Part shown: in pieces, positions 35,241 to 45,700 of the stretch
Position numbering within the stretch: the first letter of the stretch is position 1
Layout of the letters: every line of letters begins with the position of its first letter
Source: a virus
DNA length: 64,000 nucleotides
IMG/VR virus record: IMGVR_UViG_3300009158_000046
Coordinates: 1-64,000 of that record
Strand: one strand, 5' to 3'
The notes under the pieces: generated by a model
The model's input: the letters and a program-made list of their open reading frames with translations, nothing else
Databases searched by the model: none
What the model was told of the DNA's origin: nothing
Translations under genes and position numbers: made by a program

Positions 35241-36311
35241 ATGAAGCAGGTAGCCATTACGTCAGATATTCAGAGCCGACTGCAAGTTGCAGTCGGGTCG
35301 GAAATCGACGTCAGCAACCTCGCAATCTACGAGGCGATCGCCCTCAACACCCGCCCGGTGCGTAAGCAGCACCCGATGTACGTCGGTGGGACGCACACCA
35401 AGCACTTCCTGGAGCAGATGGCGGCTGCGGTCGGCAAGGAAAGCCTGCCTCTCCAGATCCAGCACGACGCAGGACCCCTCCCGGTCGGCCGTATCTTCTA
35501 CGGCGAGGTGATCGACTCCCCGAACGGCATCAGCGAGCTTCGCGTGCTGTTCTGGGTCGACCGGACCAATTCCGACATCGTCAATCTCGTCGACAACGGC
35601 ACCGTCGATCAGGTGTCCGTGTCAGTGCTGCCAGCCAAGGTCACCTGCAACATGTGCGGGTTCAACTTCCTTGGCGATACCGCCACCATCGACAACGTTT
35701 GGACGGGTACGTGCGATCAGGGGCACGTCATGGGCACCGATGGTGCCCACGTCATCATGAACGATCTGAACCGCTGGTTCGAAATGAGCCTCGTCGGCCA
35801 GGGAGGAATCCCCGGTGCTCGGATCGTCCCACGCACCGGGGCTCTGCTCGCGGCAAGTGGGAGTGACCTTCCCTTCCTGACCCTCACGCTCTCGTCCAAT
35901 GAACTGGAGAAGCTGTCCATGGACCTCACCAAGCTCATCTCCGAGCTGACCGACAGCAAGGCCGAAGTGGTCGCCCTCAAGGCGTCTCAGGCCACGCTGA
36001 CCGAGCAGCTCGCCACTGCGGCCTCGTCCATCGCCACGAAGGATGCCGAGATCGAGGCCCTGAAGGCCCAGATCAAGGATCCCGCTGTCGACACCACGGC
36101 TGTCAACGCGCTTTCCGACATCGCCAAGCATGTCCTGGCGCTGACCGGGGATGCCACCGGCACTCCTCCGGCCGAGGCCGACAAGATCGTCGAACTTGTC
36201 AAGACGACGAAGCTTTCGATCGCTCCTGCCTCCTCGAAGGCCGCTGACGGCAGCGAAGACGGCAAGGAAGCTCCCCTGATGCTTGCCGCCTCGGCGTTCA
36301 AGCGGCGCTAA
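35241..36311 (+). CDS. Prohead protease/scaffold protein
   Basis: HD...PVGRIF, VSVS, CNMCG, EMSLV; C-terminal coiled coil. Confidence 0.8.
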   Translation: MKQVAITSDIQSRLQVAVGSEIDVSNLAIYEAIALNTRPVRKQHPMYVGGTHTKHFLEQMAAAVGKESLPLQIQHDAGPLPVGRIFYGEVIDSPNGISELRVLFWVDRTNSDIVNLVDNGTVDQVSVSVLPAKVTCNMCGFNFLGDTATIDNVWTGTCDQGHVMGTDGAHVIMNDLNRWFEMSLVGQGGIPGARIVPRTGALLAASGSDLPFLTLTLSSNELEKLSMDLTKLISELTDSKAEVVALKASQATLTEQLATAASSIATKDAEIEALKAQIKDPAVDTTAVNALSDIAKHVLALTGDATGTPPAEADKIVELVKTTKLSIAPASSKAADGSEDGKEAPLMLAASAFKRR

Positions 36312-36328
36312 CCTGAGAGGTCTGACCC

Positions 36329-36730
36329 ATGCCCACTCTTCCCTTCCACAACATCGTCACCCTCAAGGGTATTCACTTCGATGACTTCGAGGTGACGATG
36401 AACCTTGCCACGACCATCACCAAGTCCGACGAGGGCAAGGCCGTGTCGTTCGACACGGGCGCGGCAAACAAGGCCAAGCTCGCGGCTGACGGCGACGTTC
36501 TACTCGGTCGCCTTGAGCTGGTCGAAGTCCGTTCCAGCTCGCAGGTGCTCGGGACGGTCGCCCTGATGTTCATCAACACCCTCCCGGTCAAGTCGGGCTC
36601 GACGGTCAACATCGGTGACACCGTCGTCGGCGCTGGCTCTGGCGAGGTCAAGGCCGGGACGGCGAACCCTACCGACAACATCGTTGTCGAGAAGATCAGC
36701 TCCACCCAGGTCGTCGTCTTCAAGCGCTAA
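36329..36730 (+). CDS. Capsid cement/decoration protein
   Basis: 133 aa, GKAV...KLAADGD; position before MCP. Confidence 0.7.
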   Translation: MPTLPFHNIVTLKGIHFDDFEVTMNLATTITKSDEGKAVSFDTGAANKAKLAADGDVLLGRLELVEVRSSSQVLGTVALMFINTLPVKSGSTVNIGDTVVGAGSGEVKAGTANPTDNIVVEKISSTQVVVFKR

Positions 36731-36742
36731 GGAGCCCCACAC

Positions 36743-37945
36743 ATGACCGCGCCCCTCAAGTCCCTGACCGCGATCCAGCGTGTTGCGCCCGAGGCGCTTC
36801 TCGCCGGGATCAAGAACGAGTCCCGCAGCGCCTCGGCAGAAGCCGGGCAGAACCTGCTCAGCAATGCCGCTGACTACGGCCTGGAGCTGCGTGACTACCT
36901 GCGCCTCGCCATCGACCCCCGCAAGTCGGAGCGCCGTGGCGACTTTGGCGACCTGAACGGCTACGAGGCAGCTTTGCTGTATCTCGGCCTGCCTTTCAAG
37001 GACGACTTCGACAGTGGCGTCACGCTCGACCTCGCTTCGGACACCTTCCAGACCTTCCCCGGCACCCGCGCGATGTTCCCCGAGGTCATCGACGATCTGG
37101 TGCAGTGGAAGTACCGGCAGGACCAGTTCGAGGTCGTTGCTCCGATGGTCGCCCAGACCCGCACGATCGCCGGGAATGAGCTGCTGACGACGATCGTCAA
37201 CGACAGCCAGGATGACTACACCCTGATGCGTCCGATCGCCGAGCTGGCGACCATCCCTGTCTGGTCGATCCGCACCACCCAGCAGTCCGTCAAGATGTGG
37301 AAGATCGGCGGCGGCTACAAGACCTCCTACGAGTTCTCACGCCGTGCCCGTCTCGACATCCTGACCCCCTACGCCAACCGCATCAACCGCGAGCTGGAGC
37401 GCTCCAAGGTTGCTGTCGGCACCAGCGTGCTGGTCAACGGCGACGGTGTCGTCGGAGCCGCCCCGGTGGTCACCCAGTCGTCGTTCAACAGCACGGCGAT
37501 CGGCACCGCGACCAACAACGTCCTCTCCTACAAGCACCTTCTGGCGTGGCTCGTTGCCCGCGCCCAGGCCGGTACTCCGGTGGACACGGTGGTCGGCAAC
37601 TGGGACGCCTACATCCAGTGGCTGCTCCTGTTCGCGGTTCCGCTGGCGAACGGCGGCGGTGACATGACGGCTGCTGCCAACATGGCCCGCGCTGGCTTCC
37701 AGATGGGCGGCGTGCCGATCCTCCAGGGTCAGGTGAACTTCGCCATCTCCTCGACGGCGACGGCCAACCAGCTCCTGGGCTACTCCAAGGCCGACACCAT
37801 GGAGGAGCTGCAGGAGGCCGGTTCGCTGATCAGCGAGGCGGAGCGCGCGGTCATGAACCAGTCGGTGACCTACACGAAGTCCGAGGTCTCGGGCTTCCGC
37901 CTTGTGTTCCCGGACACCCGCTCGATCTTCAACTTCGGCGCGTGA
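36743..37945 (+). CDS. Major capsid protein
   Basis: 400 aa, IAELATIP, K.GGGYKTSYE, strong codon bias, terminator follows. Confidence 0.85.
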   Translation: MTAPLKSLTAIQRVAPEALLAGIKNESRSASAEAGQNLLSNAADYGLELRDYLRLAIDPRKSERRGDFGDLNGYEAALLYLGLPFKDDFDSGVTLDLASDTFQTFPGTRAMFPEVIDDLVQWKYRQDQFEVVAPMVAQTRTIAGNELLTTIVNDSQDDYTLMRPIAELATIPVWSIRTTQQSVKMWKIGGGYKTSYEFSRRARLDILTPYANRINRELERSKVAVGTSVLVNGDGVVGAAPVVTQSSFNSTAIGTATNNVLSYKHLLAWLVARAQAGTPVDTVVGNWDAYIQWLLLFAVPLANGGGDMTAAANMARAGFQMGGVPILQGQVNFAISSTATANQLLGYSKADTMEELQEAGSLISEAERAVMNQSVTYTKSEVSGFRLVFPDTRSIFNFGA

Positions 37946-37952
37946 TCCACAT

Positions 37953-37984
37953 TGGCTCCAGGGCTTTTGCCCTGGAGCCATTTT
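37953..37984 (+). terminator. Intrinsic terminator after MCP
   Basis: TGGCTCCAGGGC-tttt-GCCCTGGAGCCA-TTTT. Confidence 0.85.
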
Positions 37985-37998
37985 CATGAGGGATCTCC

Positions 37999-38319
37999 AT
38001 GGCCAAGCTGCTTGTTGAAACTCGTGGCGACTATCAGCTCGTCGATTTCGAGAGCAACACACTCGCCCAAGCCCACCGTCCGTCTGTCGTACCGGCAGGC
38101 GGTTTTTTTGATGCCGAAATCCAGAACCGCAGGTTGACTCTTCTGGCCGAGCTTGCCGATACCGCGACTGACGAGGACTGGGTGGAAACCCTGGAAGCGT
38201 CTGGCGAAGTGACATTGGCAATCGAGGCTTTCAAGTCGATGCACGCCCTCGTCATCGTCAAGAAGACCGAGCCGGTGAAGACTGCGCCTGCCTCAAGGCG
38301 TGGCTCGAAGGTTAGCTGA
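37999..38319 (+). CDS. Hypothetical morphogenesis protein
   Basis: GAGG RBS; position after MCP. Confidence 0.65.
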   Translation: MAKLLVETRGDYQLVDFESNTLAQAHRPSVVPAGGFFDAEIQNRRLTLLAELADTATDEDWVETLEASGEVTLAIEAFKSMHALVIVKKTEPVKTAPASRRGSKVS

Positions 38320-38321
38320 TC

Positions 38322-39038
38322 ATGGACGTTCTTGTCGGGACCGCCGCCACCCTGCGTGTGGACTTCAACGGCCCGGTAGGGACGCTTTCTGCCGACGCGA
38401 GTTCAATATCGTGGCGGCTGTTCAATACTGCCGGGGTGCAGATTGGAAGCACGACCTCCGTCGCCAACGCGGCGGGGGTCGGTTCCGTCAGCATCGAGGT
38501 GCTGGCCACCAATCACACGATCGATGCTGCCCGCCGCTTCGAGAAGCGCACTCTCGTCACGACATGGAAGTGCGGCGGCAAGAGCTACGCTGACCGCACG
38601 ACCTACCGCGTCATCCCGCTCCTGAACCACTCGGTCACGGCCGACGATGTGCGGACCCTGCTGGGCCTCAACGAGGACGAGCTTCAAGACACCGAGATCG
38701 ACATCACTGCCGCCTACTTCCGCTTCGAGGAGGACGCCACTCAGGCGGCTCTGGAGACGGCGCTGGCCAGCGGCACCATGAGCGAGGTCCGGGCCAACAG
38801 GGGCATTGCCGCTGATGCTGCCCTTGCGATCATCCCGTCGATGCCTATCCGCACGACGCAGACCCAGGCCAATGGGGAACTCCGCAGCGAACGGTTCCGC
38901 ACACCTCCGGACTTTTCCGCGCTGGAAGCCACTATCCGCAATCAGCGGTCTGAGGCTCTCACCGCAGTGGCGTCGACCGAAACCATTGTTCCCAGTCTGC
39001 TGGTTCTCACATCGCCCACAGACGTCATCACGGGGTAA
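38322..39038 (+). CDS. Probable head-tail adaptor
   Basis: TADDVRTLLG..EDEL.D; position. Confidence 0.6.
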   Translation: MDVLVGTAATLRVDFNGPVGTLSADASSISWRLFNTAGVQIGSTTSVANAAGVGSVSIEVLATNHTIDAARRFEKRTLVTTWKCGGKSYADRTTYRVIPLLNHSVTADDVRTLLGLNEDELQDTEIDITAAYFRFEEDATQAALETALASGTMSEVRANRGIAADAALAIIPSMPIRTTQTQANGELRSERFRTPPDFSALEATIRNQRSEALTAVASTETIVPSLLVLTSPTDVITG

Positions 39039-39041
39039 GCC

Positions 39042-39572
39042 GTGTTCACGCTTCAGCGGACCAGCAAGCGGTTTTCCGATTGGCTCAAGACTCAGGACGG
39101 TCGCGAGTTTCGAGGCACCATTCAGCCGCTCAAAGAGGGCAGCGTATCGGCATCGACCTTTGCCGAGGGGCGCTACATGCTCCACGTCGCCGTCAACGAG
39201 CCGGTCACCGCCGGTACGGTCATCTTTGATCGCTGGAACAGGCCGTTCCTGGTCGGCAGCCATGACATTCGCAGGGACGCCCGGTCGCACAAGCTGTTCG
39301 TGATGACCGACTACGTCTCGTGGACACGCTCCGTTCCGCAGACCGACCTCGTCACCGGCTTGAAGAAGAGCGAGCAGGAAGTTGAACTGGGTCCGATCTG
39401 GTGCGCGATCGAAATCTTCGGCCGCGAGGAGGTTGATCGCGCTGTCCACGTCGGCTTTGACCGATCCAAGGTTCTGACCGGTTCCCCGATCTTGCTCAAT
39501 GACAAGATCGACGGTCGCATGGTGCGTCGTCTCTTCAACGTGTTCGGGGTGTGGAGTGGCGAAATCCAGTAG
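39042..39572 (+). CDS. Probable head closure/stopper protein
   Basis: Beta-rich; position. Confidence 0.5.
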   Translation: MFTLQRTSKRFSDWLKTQDGREFRGTIQPLKEGSVSASTFAEGRYMLHVAVNEPVTAGTVIFDRWNRPFLVGSHDIRRDARSHKLFVMTDYVSWTRSVPQTDLVTGLKKSEQEVELGPIWCAIEIFGREEVDRAVHVGFDRSKVLTGSPILLNDKIDGRMVRRLFNVFGVWSGEIQ

Positions 39573-40467
39573 GCCGGGTCCACCCGTCCGAGGGTCAAGC
39601 ACCCTCCCCGACATTGTCCGTGTCAAATTCCGCATCGGTGATACGCGAGCCGGTGGGCGGCAGTCGGACGTCCAGGGCGGGCTGCTGAATGAGCCTCAGG
39701 TCCAGGCGTTTCAGAAAACCATGCTGGACGTCATCAAGGTGCGCGCCTCTGGCCGCATCCAGGCGGCGTTTCGCAGATCGCTTGACAAGATCGAAGACGA
39801 CATCCGTCAAGATCTTGATGACTTTGCCCAGATCGCCCTGAGGTTCGCGACCAGTCAGGAAAGTCCCGAGCGTGGAACCCTGAAAATCGCCCCTCCCCCG
39901 GTTGCGCGCACATCGGGAACGGCCACTTTCAAGTCGTTCATTCGAACATCGAATGCTGACTTGCGGGCTGCGGCTTTGGACTGGCCATCCCTGACCAAGC
40001 GCTGGATGGATCAGAAGAAGAACAGAACCTTCTTCGTCGGCAAGGGTGCGGCTCTAGGCCGAAGAGGAGGTCTCAAGGGCTTTCTTGGTCGAGAGCTGGG
40101 AAACGCCTACCAAGAGCTTTTTGATCCTCGCATCGTGCTTCGAACAGAGAACGAGAGAACTGACAAGGGCACCGTGCGGGAACGGGTTGCTCGCATCACC
40201 GTGTCATTTTCGCAGAAGAACCCGGCTCTCGCGAGAGAGATCCAGGGTCTTGGCAAGACCGGCGTGGATGACTCCGGCATTCTGGAGTCGCTGTTCGCCG
40301 GTCGCGATGACGTCATCCGCAAGCTGGAAAACCGAGGCAAGGGACGTCGCCCAAAGCGTCCATGGGTCGGGGCCTTTGCCCGCTTTTGGCTGGTGAACCG
40401 CATGCCGGAAGTGGCAAACAGCTCTCTCAGCCAAAACATCGCCCGCCTCAAGAGAAGCGAGTTCTGA
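39556..40467 (+). CDS. Basic neck/tail-completion protein
   Basis: Arg/Lys-rich, WPSLT, PKRPW; position. Confidence 0.55.
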   Translation: MAKSSRPGPPVRGSSTLPDIVRVKFRIGDTRAGGRQSDVQGGLLNEPQVQAFQKTMLDVIKVRASGRIQAAFRRSLDKIEDDIRQDLDDFAQIALRFATSQESPERGTLKIAPPPVARTSGTATFKSFIRTSNADLRAAALDWPSLTKRWMDQKKNRTFFVGKGAALGRRGGLKGFLGRELGNAYQELFDPRIVLRTENERTDKGTVRERVARITVSFSQKNPALAREIQGLGKTGVDDSGILESLFAGRDDVIRKLENRGKGRRPKRPWVGAFARFWLVNRMPEVANSSLSQNIARLKRSEF

Positions 40468-40470
40468 CCC

Positions 40471-40905
40471 ATGTTCAACGTTTCGCGGATCGCGGTCATC
40501 AAGTTGATCAACGACACTATGCAGAGTCTGACGCCACCCACCGGCATCGGACTTCAGTACATTGACTGGGATGATGCTTCGGACATCCAGGATGTGCCGC
40601 CCACTGACCTGATCGGTCTGAACGGCTTCGCCATGACGGACCTGGACAGGGTCCATGACGTGATGTTTGGCGTCTCGGTGGCCAGCTACAACGACCCGAA
40701 CCTGTTTCGCGTCAGTCGCTACGCTGACCTCTTTTACCGGACTTTGAAGACCGGCTCTTACTTCTCTGTTTGGAATGCTGACACGGCGCAGAAGATCGGC
40801 AACATCACGCTCTATGCCGGAACTTCTGTCTCTCCGATCACGCGAGCTGAAAATCGCGCGATGCAGAACATTGTTGCTAAGGGACGTCTGGTTCTGACGA
40901 CTTGA
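40471..40905 (+). CDS. Probable tail terminator
   Basis: 144 aa before tail tube gene. Confidence 0.55.
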   Translation: MFNVSRIAVIKLINDTMQSLTPPTGIGLQYIDWDDASDIQDVPPTDLIGLNGFAMTDLDRVHDVMFGVSVASYNDPNLFRVSRYADLFYRTLKTGSYFSVWNADTAQKIGNITLYAGTSVSPITRAENRAMQNIVAKGRLVLTT

Positions 40906-41104
40906 GGTCCAGCGTCGGCCCTCCTCCTGCTCGATAGAGGAAGTGTAGGAGATCTCGGGTCCCTTGGTTTTGTTCGGACAGCCCAACTTCAACCAAGTAT
41001 GTGACTTCGGCTGAAAGACTGCGGTGATTGAATTCGGCTCTCTTTTTCAGAATGTCGTACATCGCATCTGAAACTGAGATCGAAAAAGTCCTCTTCTGCA
41101 TCAC
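40877..41104 (-). CDS. Arc-like ribbon-helix-helix DNA-binding protein
   Basis: TFSISVSDAMYDILKKRAEFNHRSLSAEVTYLV. Confidence 0.85.
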   Translation of the reverse strand: MMQKRTFSISVSDAMYDILKKRAEFNHRSLSAEVTYLVEVGLSEQNQGTRDLLHFLYRAGGGPTLDLKSSEPDVP

Positions 41105-41201
41105 GACATCCCACTAATGCTAACAGCCTACTTGTTGAACAAGTGGGATTTGATGCCGATATTGCAAGCGCACAAGTTTCATTCCTGCCTTGGAGATCCC
41201 T

Positions 41202-41999
41202 ATGCCCGGCAGCGCAAAGACTTCCCAGTTTTTCTTCTCCACCGCCACGGTTCTGGTGGGAACCCAGTCCGAGCAGCTCACGCTGAACACGGCAGCCAAC
41301 AGCATCGGCCTCGTGAAGAACGTGGCGGTCGAGGCCGATCCCGGCACCGTCGACCTGACCCAGGGCATCATGAACGATCTCGTGATGACCATGGTCAACT
41401 CGATGAACATCAAGGTGAGCATGGAAGTGTACGAGTACACCGCCAAGAACCTCGCCTACGGCCTCTCGCTCGACGGCACGGGCTCCAACTACGCGGCCAA
41501 CGCCAGCTCCTACACTCTGGCTGCTGCCGTCGCAGCAGCAGCGACCACCCTGACTGTCGCCACGGACTTGACGACCACGTTCACCGCCGGTTCGTGGATC
41601 TTCATCCAGGAAGGCACGGACGACGTCATTCATCTTGCCCGCGTGGTTTCCTCGGCTTTCTCCTCGCCGAACACCACGATCACCTTCACCGGTATGCCCG
41701 TTCCGACCGGCATGTCGTTCACGACCGCTGGCCGCGTCGGCAAGCTGAACAAGATCGACTTCGACCCGAACGCCGCCATGGTCTCGCTGTCGGTTCGCAT
41801 CCTCGGCACGCTCGCCACCGACAAGCGCCCGATTGGTCTGCACTTCCCGAAGGTGAAGGTGACCAAGGGCTTCTCGATGCGCTTTGCTGCCGACAACTTC
41901 GGCAATCTGCCCTTCGAGTTCATGCCCTACTCGCCCATCTCCACCGACCCCGGCTACAACGCGCAGTACAATCAGCGCATGCACGTCTTCGTGCCGTGA
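41202..41999 (+). CDS. Major tail (tube) protein
   Basis: IGLVKNV.V, VYEYTAKNL, FPKVKV..F...NFGNLPFEF; terminator follows. Confidence 0.8.
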   Translation: MPGSAKTSQFFFSTATVLVGTQSEQLTLNTAANSIGLVKNVAVEADPGTVDLTQGIMNDLVMTMVNSMNIKVSMEVYEYTAKNLAYGLSLDGTGSNYAANASSYTLAAAVAAAATTLTVATDLTTTFTAGSWIFIQEGTDDVIHLARVVSSAFSSPNTTITFTGMPVPTGMSFTTAGRVGKLNKIDFDPNAAMVSLSVRILGTLATDKRPIGLHFPKVKVTKGFSMRFAADNFGNLPFEFMPYSPISTDPGYNAQYNQRMHVFVP

Positions 42000-42044
42000 T
42001 GATCTTCAAGTAGCGGCTCTGCCCTCGGTCGTTACTTGTGATAG

Positions 42045-42083
42045 ACTGCCCTCGCGATTATATCGCGAGGGCAGTTTTATTTT
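42045..42083 (+). terminator. Intrinsic terminator after tail tube gene
   Basis: ACTGCCCTCGCGAT-tat-ATCGCGAGGGCAGT-TTTATTTT. Confidence 0.88.
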
Positions 42084-42092
42084 GAGGGCACC

Positions 42093-42500
42093 ATGGAAGA
42101 CAAACTCGAAATACAGGTTCTTACTTCAGACAGTACCTCAGAGACACGAACCGTGTTCATGAGCTACGGGCTTCTGAACAGCCTTACGGGGCTCATTGGA
42201 GATCCTGACAGAGCAGTGATGTTGGAGACGGATCCGGAACTCTGCAGCACCATCGTGACGGCTGTGTTTGTTCCTCGGACTCCATCCGGAAAGATCAACG
42301 TCAAGCTCGAAGATTACGACCCCCCTGGTCTCACCACCACGGAAGCAGAGAAGCTGTTCGACTGGGTGAAAGGGCATGTGGTCGATTTTTTTACGCGAAG
42401 GCTCCGCAGCTCCCTAAAGCTGATGGAGGACCGAAAGGACGAGCTGAAAGCAATCGGGTCCTCACTGGTTGGCTTGAGTCCCGCACCTTCGAAGACATGA
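42093..42500 (+). CDS. Tail assembly chaperone (lambda G-like)
   Basis: Between tail tube and TMP; T7 slippery run at 42386-42392. Confidence 0.75.
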   Translation: MEDKLEIQVLTSDSTSETRTVFMSYGLLNSLTGLIGDPDRAVMLETDPELCSTIVTAVFVPRTPSGKINVKLEDYDPPGLTTTEAEKLFDWVKGHVVDFFTRRLRSSLKLMEDRKDELKAIGSSLVGLSPAPSKT

Positions 42501-42754
42501 TCGTGTTCACGCTTGGAGTAAGGCCCAGTGCTCTTATCGACATTTACTGGTCCCACTCCCTGCGTGATCTACAGACTATCACTCGGTTGCGTATGGAATA
42601 CGAGATGGTGAAGGCCTCATCCTTCACCGAAAGTCTCGCTGAGATCGCAAAGGCATTATTCCCGAGCGATGAGAGCAAGCGAGCTAGTGGGAACGTCATC
42701 AGCAGCGTCGATGACGCTATGGCTCTAGCAGCGGAGATCAACGCCAGTGGCTGA
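42386..42754 (+). CDS. Frameshifted chaperone extension (lambda T-like, -1 frame)
   Basis: -1 frame is open from the slippery site through ATG 42497 to stop 42754. Confidence 0.65.
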   Translation, partial: FFYAKAPQLPKADGGPKGRAESNRVLTGWLESRTFEDMIVFTLGVRPSALIDIYWSHSLRDLQTITRLRMEYEMVKASSFTESLAEIAKALFPSDESKRASGNVISSVDDAMALAAEINASG

Positions 42755-45700
42755 CGACATCGAAATTGGCATTGGCGCAGATGCCACTTCCGCAGTCTCT
42801 GGCATCAACAAGATGGTGCAGGGCCTCAACGACGCCGTCAGGGCGGCGGGGAGGCTGGAGCAGGTCTATCGAAGCATCAGTGCTCAGGCAGCGCGGGGCA
42901 ACGAGGACGCCATTGCTCGTCTGAAAGACCTTCGCGACCAGATCAAGCTGGAAAGCGAAGCTCTGCAGGTCCGCAAGTCAAAGGTCATGCAGACGGAGAG
43001 TGTTCGCGGACGCGGCCGGACACTTGCCGATGACAGTCTCGCAGACTTCACCGTCCAGGCCTACACCAAGGGCTTCAACGTCAACAACAAGCAGATCGAG
43101 GCCCGCATCCGGCAGGCCGCGAGCAAGGCTGCAGAGCGCCTCGTAACCGCCACCGCCGAGGCGCTGGAGGCGCAGCTCAACTCGACGAAGATCGCCACCT
43201 ACGCCAAGCAGCTCCGCAACAGCACTCCGGAAGCGCGCAACGCCTCGATCATCCAGATCCAGGACCGAGAGTCCCGGCGCGTGCAGCAGTACGGCGGCTA
43301 TTCCTCGCTCGCCGAATATCAGGCTGCCAAGGATGCCGAGCGGAATGCAAGGTATCTTGAGCGCGTTCGGACTGCCACACTGGCGAAGCAGGATGCTGAG
43401 TACAACCGGGCGGCAGCCGCCCGGATGCGTGAAGAGGCGCGTGTTAATCAGCAGGAAGAGAAAGGCAGCTTTTCCAACCAGAGCCTGAGGAAGGGAGAGC
43501 TGCTTCGCGATCGTGCGGACCGCTTCTTCGACTATGGTGGTCTTGGCGCTGCGGTCCTGGCCGTGACTAGCATGACTAAGAACTTGCTTGATCTTGACGA
43601 CGCAATGCTGCGGTTCCAGGCGATCACCCAGACTTCCAACCTGGAGATGGTGACCTTCAAAAAGAACATTCTGGAGATGGGGCAATCTAGCCGCTACTCT
43701 ATCAAGGATCTGACGGAAGCCGCCATCACGCTGGGCCAGACCGGTCTGTCCGGCAGTGCCGTCACCACGGCACTTGCTCCGATTGTTCAGCTCGCCACGG
43801 CGTCGGGGTCGAACATCGGTCAGTCGGTGGAAGTCGTCACTGCCGCCATGGGTGCCTACAACATGGAGGCGTCTCGCGCAGGCGAGGTCGCCAATACCAT
43901 GACGGCAGCCCTGAACCTGACCAAGCTGACGATGCAGCAGCTCTCGCTGGGCATCCAGTACGCCGCCAACGTGGCGCGCGAGAGCGACATCTCCTTCACC
44001 GAACTGACGGCGGTCATTGGCGGTCTCGCACAGGCCGGTATCCGCAGCGGTTCGACACTCGGCACCGGCACCCGGCAGCTCATCCAGGAGCTGTCCGCAC
44101 CCGGCGACAAGTTGAAGAACATCCTGAAAGAGCTGAACATTCAGCTCGGCGACATCGACATTCGGGGCAACACTTTCACCGGGGTTCTGGAGAACCTGCG
44201 GAGCAAGGGCTTCGGCACTGCAGAGGCTCTTCGTGCCCTTGACCTGCGTGCTGCTTCTGCCTTCTCCGCACTGGCTGGCCAGACCGACACGGTCAAGCGC
44301 CTTCAGGAAAGTCTGCTGTTGACCAATGCGGCTGCTGAAGGGTCAGCGACAGCCAACCAGAGCCTTTCGGCGTCCTTCACCCGGCTCAACAACACGATGG
44401 TCGGATTGGCTGACAAGGCGTTTGGCCCCGTCATGACGGCCATGAAGGGCGCTACGGACGGTGCAAATGCCCTGTTCTCGGCTCTTGGATCAAGCGAGTC
44501 TGTGAACAAGATCGTGGCGTTCGGCGCGTCGGCTGCAGTGGGTGCCATCGCTATCTCGCAGTTGGCTCGTGGCATGAGCGTTCTCAGTGCTGCGATCTTT
44601 GGTCTTGGGACTGCCGGAACTGCCCTAGCCTTTGTGAATACGGGTCTCGCCGCTATCGCCACCAACCCCCTGGTCGTCGGTGGTGGTCTTGCCGCCGTTG
44701 GTCTTGCCGCCGTGTTGCTGAGCGGATCCAGCGCGGCCGAGAAGCTGGCAGAACGCCTCGACCGTGTGAAGAAGAGCCTCAACGATCTGCAGTCCAGCCA
44801 GATCCAGACACAGGCCTCGCTGCAGACCCTTGAGACCATGCTCGACAGCATCATCCGCCGCCGGGACAAACTCAATGAGGACCCTCTGCTGCGCCGCACG
44901 GCCATCATCGAGGCCCAGAAGGCATTCGAACAGTGGGGCCTCACTGTTGATGCCACCTCAACCAGCGTCGACAGCCTGATCAAGGCTCTTCAGAGCCTGC
45001 GCGGCGTCATGCAAGAGGACATGACCCGAAACCTCAGTCAGCAGCTCATTGACCTTGAGATCAAGTTCAAGTTGCTCAAGCAACAAATGGCTGAAGACAA
45101 GGTTGGAACGGTCAAGAACCTGTTTTCTGCTGCTGGCGGAAACATGTTCAGCGGAGACCGTAGGACTTTCCTCAGCTCGCAGTTCGGTAGGCTTGGTGTC
45201 ACGAACGGCGAAGACATCATGAATTTCATGATGCAGAACCCTGACAACATGAACATCGGAGACGTCAGGGGAACGTCGAACAAATACTTCACGTCTCTGC
45301 GCGATGAGCTGGACAGGGTTAAGGGAAACATCCGCAACATCGAGCGCAAGGATGTCATCGACGCACCCACCCAGGCCGAGCTGGACCGCCTTCGTCAGGC
45401 CGAAGTCCTGATCACTGCCCTCATCAAGGAGCTGGGAGATTTCGTCAGCCGGGCCACGAACCTGCAGGGCAACATTCGCCAGCGGGAAGAGGCCAGCCTT
45501 GCCGGACGCGCTTCTACCATCCAGGACGGTGCGACCTACAAGGGTCTGATTGCTCGTCGTGACGAGTTGTTTGGACAGGTCACCTCCGGAGAGCGCGTCA
45601 TTCTCTCCAACGAGAACCTTTCGGCTGGTCAAAAGGCGAATGCAATCCGTGACCTTCGCGCGAGCGTGGCACAGGAAGTTGAAGCAGTAACAAAAGAACT

